A DNA stretch of 64,000 bases. Source: Bdellovibrionota bacterium. GTDB taxonomy: Bacteria; Bdellovibrionota_C; UBA2361; CALJRW01. Position numbers and translations under genes: made by a program. The notes under the pieces are model-generated. The model was not told the DNA's origin and did no database searches. It saw only the letters and a program-made list of their open reading frames with translations. Of the stretch, positions 59,992 through 64,000 are shown piece after piece. The stretch covers positions 1-64,000 of the forward strand of contig JBGSMD010000015.1 of NCBI GenBank assembly GCA_041740355.1, read 5' to 3'. Within the stretch, counting starts at the first letter, position 1. Every line of letters starts with the position of its first letter.

Positions 59992-61719
59992 TCAGTCTCC
60001 CAGCTTTTCTAATTCCACCTTTAAGAAATCCATTAACTCACCAATATAAGTCTCACTAAAATCAAACTTAATCCCAGCAGCTTGATAGATCTGAGGAATA
60101 CTTTGCAATTGCCCTAAAGACAATGCTTTTAAGTATGCAGCTAAGCCTGATTTTTTATCTACCTTATAGTTTCTCCAAACAGCAATTGCTCCTAATTGAG
60201 CCATTCCATATTCGATATAATAAAATGGAACCTCATATAAATGTAACTGTTTCTGCCAAAGGTAATTCTTTTGATCAGCTAAGCCGTCCCAATTGGTAAT
60301 TGTATCACTAAATTCAGACAATATTCTTTCCCAATTCTGCTTACGCTCAATTAAGGAATGATTTGGATTTTCATAAATCCAATGTTGATATTTATCGATC
60401 AATGCTACCCAAGGTAGTGTGTCAATTAAACTTTCTAAGTGTTCGCGTTTGGCACGCTTTAATGTTTCTTGATCTTTAAAAAAGACATCCCAGTGATCCA
60501 TGGAAATTAATTCCATAGCCATTGAAGCTAACTCGGCAACCTCCGATGGAGTGGATTTGAAATCTTGCAATTCTAGATCCTTAGTAACAAAGCTGTGAAT
60601 AGCATGCCCGCCTTCGTGCATAAACGTAACTAAATCCCGTAACGTCGACGTGGCATTCATAAAAATAAATGGCACGCCAATTTCAGCAAGAGGATAATTA
60701 TATCCTCCAGGAGCCTTTCCTGGACGAGATTCCAAATCTAAATGACCGATTTCACGCATCGTGCCTAAACATTCACCTAAAAACGGATCTATTCTTTTAA
60801 AAACTTCAATCCCTTTGGTGGTTAAATCTTGGCCATCGGTAAACGCCTTTAAGGCCTCGCGTCCTTCTAGATCAACAATTTTATCCCATGGTCGCAACTC
60901 ACTTAATCCTAATTTCTTTTGACGATTACTAGCAAAGAAATTTAAAAGTGGCACTACTCGGGTAGAAATCGCTTGGTGAAATTTAAAACAATCATCAGGG
61001 GTATAATCAAATCGTGCTAAAGCTTTAAATTTATAATCACGGAAGTTAGCAAAGCCAGCATTTTCCGCAATCTGCTGACGAAGAGTAACTAACTTTGAAA
61101 ATAGTAAATCTAATTCTTGTCGATCCACCAACCTCCGTTCTGAAATTTGCCTATAAACGTTCTCTCTCATTTCCCTATCAAGATCCATCAATAAGACACC
61201 CGCCTGAGGCATCGTCATAGTCTTTCCATCAATCTCCACTACCATTGCCCCAATCAATTGTCCGTATTTTTGAGCTTCCGTAGTTATATCAGTAAACAGA
61301 GGAATGTTTTTATCACGAAAAATTTCAATTTCATTTTTAATATTACGAACCAAAAGATCATAGCCCGGAAATTTTGATAGCTGATCAATAAATTGGGATT
61401 CAACACATTTCTTATTTAAAGCATCTGAGTATGGGGCAATTTCTGGTTGTATCTGCTCTACGAAATATTGATAACTTTCCCGATAAGCTTTATCTTCTGT
61501 GAAACAGGTCATCTTTATGTAACGCCAGGCAAAGTCTTCAGATATTACCGACTCTAGTTCACTACGATCTTGAAACCATCTTCTTAACATTTCTAATGAT
61601 GAAATTTCTCTTGTAGTTAAAAGATCAAAATATTGTTTTAATTCAACCCAGGTTGTAATCTTAAAATCTTTTGGCAAATATTTACGTTCCGGCGTTTTAA
61701 TAGTTCTTTGGTCAGACAT
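59992..61719 (-). CDS. pepF: M3 family oligoendopeptidase F
   Basis: GKAPGGY, HEGGH, EVAELASMAMEL, PFYYIEY motifs. Confidence 0.92.
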   Translation of the reverse strand: MSDQRTIKTPERKYLPKDFKITTWVELKQYFDLLTTREISSLEMLRRWFQDRSELESVISEDFAWRYIKMTCFTEDKAYRESYQYFVEQIQPEIAPYSDALNKKCVESQFIDQLSKFPGYDLLVRNIKNEIEIFRDKNIPLFTDITTEAQKYGQLIGAMVVEIDGKTMTMPQAGVLLMDLDREMRENVYRQISERRLVDRQELDLLFSKLVTLRQQIAENAGFANFRDYKFKALARFDYTPDDCFKFHQAISTRVVPLLNFFASNRQKKLGLSELRPWDKIVDLEGREALKAFTDGQDLTTKGIEVFKRIDPFLGECLGTMREIGHLDLESRPGKAPGGYNYPLAEIGVPFIFMNATSTLRDLVTFMHEGGHAIHSFVTKDLELQDFKSTPSEVAELASMAMELISMDHWDVFFKDQETLKRAKREHLESLIDTLPWVALIDKYQHWIYENPNHSLIERKQNWERILSEFSDTITNWDGLADQKNYLWQKQLHLYEVPFYYIEYGMAQLGAIAVWRNYKVDKKSGLAAYLKALSLGQLQSIPQIYQAAGIKFDFSETYIGELMDFLKVELEKLGD

Positions 61720-61757
61720 AGAAAGTTCTTAAAAATTGAATTTAGCTTTGTGGAGAT

Positions 61758-61903
61758 TATAGTTATGACAAAAACTAATATCCGAATATTCAAAAGTTAG
61801 TTTTGTGATTTTTGTCATAACCGTATGATTTTATAACGCTTGTGGGGGATAGTAAGCCCCAGCAAGTAATTCCTATTGGAAATTACTTGCTGAACTTACT
61901 ATA
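61758..61903. mobile_element. 146-bp MITE-like element
   Basis: TATAGT...ACTATA ends; colinear with 18955-19100. Confidence 0.88.
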
Positions 61904-62097
61904 TTATCAAATCTAATCACCGCAGATGCTAGCTGATTTTAATATTTTGCAAAAGCCAGCGAGATACATTAAGTGCCAAGCACTTAAGCAGACCTTAGGG
62001 GATCACGCAGGGGTAAATGTTAACTAAATAAGGACTGGCAGTCCAAAAAAAATATTTAGCTGCCCTAGAAAATATCATTCTTAAAAAACATTCAACT

Positions 62098-63030
62098 TTA
62101 TTCTTTTTGCTTTCTGGAACGCCAGCCATAATCATCTACTGGCTCAACATGAATTAAAACCTTGGTAATTTGTGGTAATTTCCCCTGAATAGTATCGACA
62201 ACATTGTGGGCAATTTCATGCCCTTTTCGGATAGAAAATTCTGGATCACAGAGGATATCTAAATCAACATAGTAGTCAAAGCCTACTTTTCGCACATAGC
62301 CCTGATCCGTTCCAAGAACATCTTCCACGGATTCTGCAATCTGGCGAATCTCAATTAAAAGTCGAGGGTCAGGTGCCGTATCGATCAATTCAAACAGTGC
62401 CGGTTTTAAAACTATGAAAGCGTTAATAGAAATAATACCAGCTGCTAATAATGCAGCAAAATCATCCGCCATTTCGTAACCTGGCCCTCCAATAATTGCA
62501 ATCGAAATTCCAATAAAAGCTGCCAGAGATGTAATCGCATCACTTCGATGATGCCAAGCATCAGATTTAACCACTAAGCTCTCCATCTCGTTTCCGACTT
62601 TAATTACATAGCGAAATAATGTTTCTTTAATAGCAATTACCGCAACTAAGACAATCAAAGTAAATGATGCCGGTGATTGATGTGGAGTATTAATTGCCTG
62701 AATACTTTCAACTGCAATCAAGATAGCTGCGGCAATTAAACTTAAAGCAACTAGAACTGAAGCTAATGGTTCAATCTTACCATGACCATAGGGATGGTTC
62801 CGATCCGCTGGTTTAACAGCAAGAATTAAGCCAAGCAAAACAATCAGAGAACTAAACACGTCTGCTAGTGATTCAATAGCATCCGCAATCAAGGCATAGG
62901 AGTTTCCAAAAATACCTGCTAATGCTTTGACAAAAGCCAGACAGGCATTTACAGCTATTCCAATGAAGGTACTTTTTATTCCAGCCTTGGTGGCAAGTTG
63001 TGCTTTTGTCTTTGTGATTGGCTGATTCAT
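62098..63030 (-). CDS. Cation diffusion facilitator family transporter (FieF-like)
   Basis: ALIADAIESLAD, HPYGHGK, DAWHHRSD, IHVEP motifs. Confidence 0.93.
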   Translation of the reverse strand: MNQPITKTKAQLATKAGIKSTFIGIAVNACLAFVKALAGIFGNSYALIADAIESLADVFSSLIVLLGLILAVKPADRNHPYGHGKIEPLASVLVALSLIAAAILIAVESIQAINTPHQSPASFTLIVLVAVIAIKETLFRYVIKVGNEMESLVVKSDAWHHRSDAITSLAAFIGISIAIIGGPGYEMADDFAALLAAGIISINAFIVLKPALFELIDTAPDPRLLIEIRQIAESVEDVLGTDQGYVRKVGFDYYVDLDILCDPEFSIRKGHEIAHNVVDTIQGKLPQITKVLIHVEPVDDYGWRSRKQKE

Positions 63031-63060
63031 ATGAAGTTACTATACTGAAGAAAGGGACAA

Positions 63061-63104
63061 GTCGTCAAAAGTAATTTCCACAGGAAATTACTTTTTGTCA
63101 TAAT
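63061..63104. repeat. Solo hairpin related to the 146-bp family
   Basis: aaaagtaatttcc-aca-ggaaattactttttgtcataat. Confidence 0.65.
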
Positions 63105-63211
63105 CATAATCATGGCGATTTTGCTTTCGATAGTAAATCTAAGACAGAATATTCGAAAAAATTTTGAAAAGCCTGTTGGCTTAACTATAATAGTTTTTTT
63201 AGGAATTTGAA

Positions 63212-63257
63212 CTGGATATCCGACACCGCTAAAGCTTTGGCGTGACAGTATTTCAAG
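63212..63257. repeat. REP-like palindrome (degenerate)
   Basis: Reverse complement cttgaaatactgtcacgccaaagctttagcggtgtcggatatccag. Confidence 0.55.
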
Positions 63258-63323
63258 ATTTAAGGTAAAGCTCGAGTCTCAAAAAATAATTCCCCTTAGG
63301 ATAAACCTTGTTTAGATTCGCTA

Positions 63324-64000
63324 TTAATAAAATTGGAAAATTAGTTGATCTTCTTCACAGTCAATCTTAACTTCTCCGCCTTTTTTAAGTTTCCCAAAAA
63401 GTATCTCATCAGCTAGTGCATCCTTAATCTCTTTTTGAATTAAGCGACGCATTGGGCGAGCCCCAAGTTGTAGATCGAAACCTTTGCCCGCTAGGTACTT
63501 GCGAGCTTGGGCACTTAAATGTAATTTAATTTTCTTCTCAATTAATTTAATTGCCAAGTCCGCAACAAACTTATCCACAATATGTAAGACAACCTCTGTT
63601 GGTAAGGCTTGGAAGTAGATAGTTTCATCTAGTCTATTTCTAAATTCAGGACGAAACATTTGCTTTACGGCCTGTTCTCTTTTTGAATTAAATTGCGAAT
63701 TACCAAAACCAAGAGCATTTGAACTTTCTGACCCAACATTGCTGGTCATAATTAAAATACAATTTCTAAAATCAGCTTTGCGACCTTGCGCATCAGTTAA
63801 TGTTGCATCATCCATAATTTGTAAGAGGATATTAAAGACATCATAATGTGCTTTTTCAATCTCATCTAATAAAATTACAGCGTATGGTTGTTTGCGGACC
63901 AAATCGGTTAATATCCCACCTTCATCATAACCAACATATCCCGGAGGAGCCCCAACAAGCCTAGCAACTGCATGCTTTTCCATGTATTCACTCATATCAA
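63324..64000 (-). CDS. clpA: ATP-dependent Clp protease ATPase subunit, 3' part (5' end outside the window)
   Basis: SEYMEKH..GAPPGYVG, LLDEIEKAH, PEFRNRLD, GARP, LADEILFGKL motifs. Confidence 0.88.
   Translation of the reverse strand, partial: DMSEYMEKHAVARLVGAPPGYVGYDEGGILTDLVRKQPYAVILLDEIEKAHYDVFNILLQIMDDATLTDAQGRKADFRNCILIMTSNVGSESSNALGFGNSQFNSKREQAVKQMFRPEFRNRLDETIYFQALPTEVVLHIVDKFVADLAIKLIEKKIKLHLSAQARKYLAGKGFDLQLGARPMRRLIQKEIKDALADEILFGKLKKGGEVKIDCEEDQLIFQFY

Overview
AT-rich bacterial chromosomal window; the Myxococcus-type Cys-rich repeat proteins suggest a deltaproteobacterial/Bdellovibrionota-like lineage (inference only). It holds: three tandem secreted Cys-rich/Ig-like surface protein genes (1-7948); about six GT-C membrane glycosyltransferases plus other glycan genes; ctaB-ctaA-SCO; pyrD/pyrF/pyrE; lysine catabolism genes (lysine 6-aminotransferase, ALDH7, gcdH); TonB, a TRL pair, TPM-LemA, bioB, a DEAD-box helicase, pepF, a CDF transporter and the 3' part of clpA. 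There is no rRNA, tRNA or CRISPR array. Most notable: (1) a CRISPR-less Cas4-like nuclease split over two adjacent membrane-anchored genes; (2) a dispersed, modular family of TA-bounded palindromic elements (146-bp two-hairpin unit, solo modules, nested REP-like inserts) with compensatory base changes; (3) a candidate ~67-nt sigma-28-driven sRNA with an anti-Shine-Dalgarno motif; (4) an FrpC-like self-processing module and possible donor-strand complementation in the surface proteins. All family assignments come from motif recognition by eye; no searches were run.
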